Assembly (NCBI GenBank): GCA_964016885.1
Contig: CAXHJY010001551.1
Span: 126,475-190,474 of the forward strand
Length of the DNA stretch: 64,000 nucleotides
Origin: Eledone cirrhosa
Lineage: Eukaryota
Direction: 5' to 3'
Part shown: piece by piece, positions 63,101 to 64,000 of the stretch
Layout: each line of letters opens with the position of its first letter
How positions within the stretch are numbered: the first letter of the stretch is position 1
Made by a program: the position numbers and the translations under genes
Notes under the pieces: model-generated
What the model was told of the DNA's origin: nothing
Database searches by the model: none
The model's input: only the letters and a program-made list of their open reading frames with translations

Positions 63101-64000
63101 TCCTAAGCTATCCTAAGCTAAGCTATCCTAAGCTATCCTAAGCTAAGCTAAGCTAAGCTATCCTAAGCTAAGCTAAGCTAAGCTATCCTAAGCTAAGCTA
63201 AGCTATCCAAAGCTATCCTAAGCTAAGCTATCCTAAGCTATCCTAAGCTAAGCTATCCTAAGCTATCCTAAGCTAAGCTATCCTAAGCTATCCTAAGCTA
63301 AGCTAAGCTAAGCTATCCTAAGCTAAGCTAAGCTAAGCTATCCTAAGCTAAGCTAAGCTATCCAAAGCTATCCTAAGCTAAGCTATCCTAAGCTATCCTA
63401 AGCTAAGCTATCCTAAGCTATCCTAAGCTAAGCTATCCTAAGCTAAGCTATCCTAAGCTATCCTAAGCTAAGCTATCCTAAGCTATCCTAAGCTAAGCTA
63501 AGCTAAGCTATCCTAAGCTAAGCTAAGCTAAGCTATCCTAAGCTAAGCTATCCTAAGCTAAGCTAAGCTAAGCTATCCTAAGCTATACTATGCTAAGCTA
63601 TCCTAAGCTAAGCTATCCTAAGCTATCCTAAGCTAAGCTATCCTAAGCTATCCTAAGCTAAGCTATCCTAAGCTATCCTAAGCTAAGCTAAGCTAAGCTA
63701 TCCTAAGCTAAGCTAAGCTAAGCTATCCTAAGCTAAGCTAAGCTATCCTAAGCTAAACTAAGCTAAGCTATCCTAAGCTAAGCTAAGCTAAGTTATCCTA
63801 AGCTAAGCTAAGCTAAGCTATCCTAAGCTAAGCTAAGCTATCCTAAGCTAAGCTAAGCTAAGCTATCCTAAGCTAAGCTAAGCTAAGCTAAGCTAAGCTA
63901 TCCTAAGCTAAGCTAAGCTAAGCTATCCTAAGCTAAGCTAAGCTAAGCTAAGCTATCCTAAGCTAAGCTAAGCTATCCTAAGCTAAGCTAAGCTAAGCTA
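57175..64000. repeat. Large segment S, copy 3 (truncated by the window end)
   Basis: CTATG 57243, CAATC 57713/59478/62638, CTGTG 61418 and GGAAG 62403 are all +30305 from copy 2. Confidence 0.9.

Larger units (their letters stand above)
1..64000. repeat. Compound pentanucleotide satellite array [(CTAAG)n CTATC]m, n mostly 1-4; extends beyond both window edges
   Basis: Every line parses into CTAAG and CTATC pentamers with only sporadic single-base variants. No unique sequence or inversion was seen, and the 5-bp phase is kept except at nine 1-bp deletions. Confidence 0.99.

Noticed and set aside
1-64000. Protein-coding ORFs, e.g. a repeat protein
   Set aside because: Each CTAAG contains TAA on the + strand, and both CTTAG and GATAG contain TAG on the - strand. 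Because 5 and 3 are coprime, stops hit all six frames every few pentamers. The rare ATG variants are followed by stops within a few codons.
1-64000. CRISPR array or other repeat-spacer system
   Set aside because: There are no unique spacers, no leader and no cas genes; the sequence between repeats is the same pentamer.
1-64000. Binary or run-length code (A/B pattern as stored information) or a synthetic construct
   Set aside because: The aperiodic pattern is explained by slippage plus nested duplication with inherited point mutations. I see no framing, adapters or other sign of design or of a decoding system.
1-64000. Canonical telomere tract of (TTAGG)n or (TTAGGC)n type
   Set aside because: TTAGG is essentially never in tandem and no G-quadruplex-type GGG runs exist. 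Only a possible evolutionary relationship is retained, as a finding.
1-64000. GATA-factor binding site array (GATAG on the minus strand)
   Set aside because: The context is GGATAG, which does not match the WGATAR consensus, and there is no independent support.
1-64000. Pure sequencing or basecalling artefact (low-complexity chatter)
   Set aside because: Rare variants recur in the same order at consistent multi-kb offsets, which random error would not produce. Copy number of the large duplications could still be mis-assembled.
1-64000. Transposon insertions, tRNA/rRNA genes, promoters or terminators
   Set aside because: No non-satellite sequence longer than a couple of variant bases was seen anywhere in the window.

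Overview
The whole 64 kb window is one uninterrupted, single-orientation simple-sequence satellite. It is built from two pentamers, A = CTAAG and B = CTATC, arranged as (CTAAG)n-CTATC with n usually 1-4 (longest seen 8). B is never followed directly by B, and the commonest cassette is a 25-bp unit (AAAAB or AABAB). The minus strand reads TTAGG-ATAGC-(TTAGC)n. There are no protein-coding genes (stop codons recur every ~15-30 bp in all six frames), RNA genes, transposons, CRISPR arrays or unique sequence. Rare variant pentamers, used as markers, show a nested duplication history. There are local 25-, 70- and 100-bp duplications and tandem duplications of about 0.55, 1.3, 1.74, 1.77, 1.9, 2.55, 3.3 and 4.0 kb. 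A 12-kb segment occurs three times (offsets about 20.4 kb and 30.3 kb), and there is a probable ~15.1-kb higher-order unit. The 5-bp phase breaks only nine times, always by a 1-bp deletion. This most resembles eukaryotic heterochromatic (centromeric, pericentromeric or subtelomeric) satellite DNA. I do not recognise the family and cannot assign an organism. I found no protein-based novel system; the interesting signals are structural and evolutionary. Marker positions were read by eye, and duplication boundaries are approximate (about +/-100 bp).
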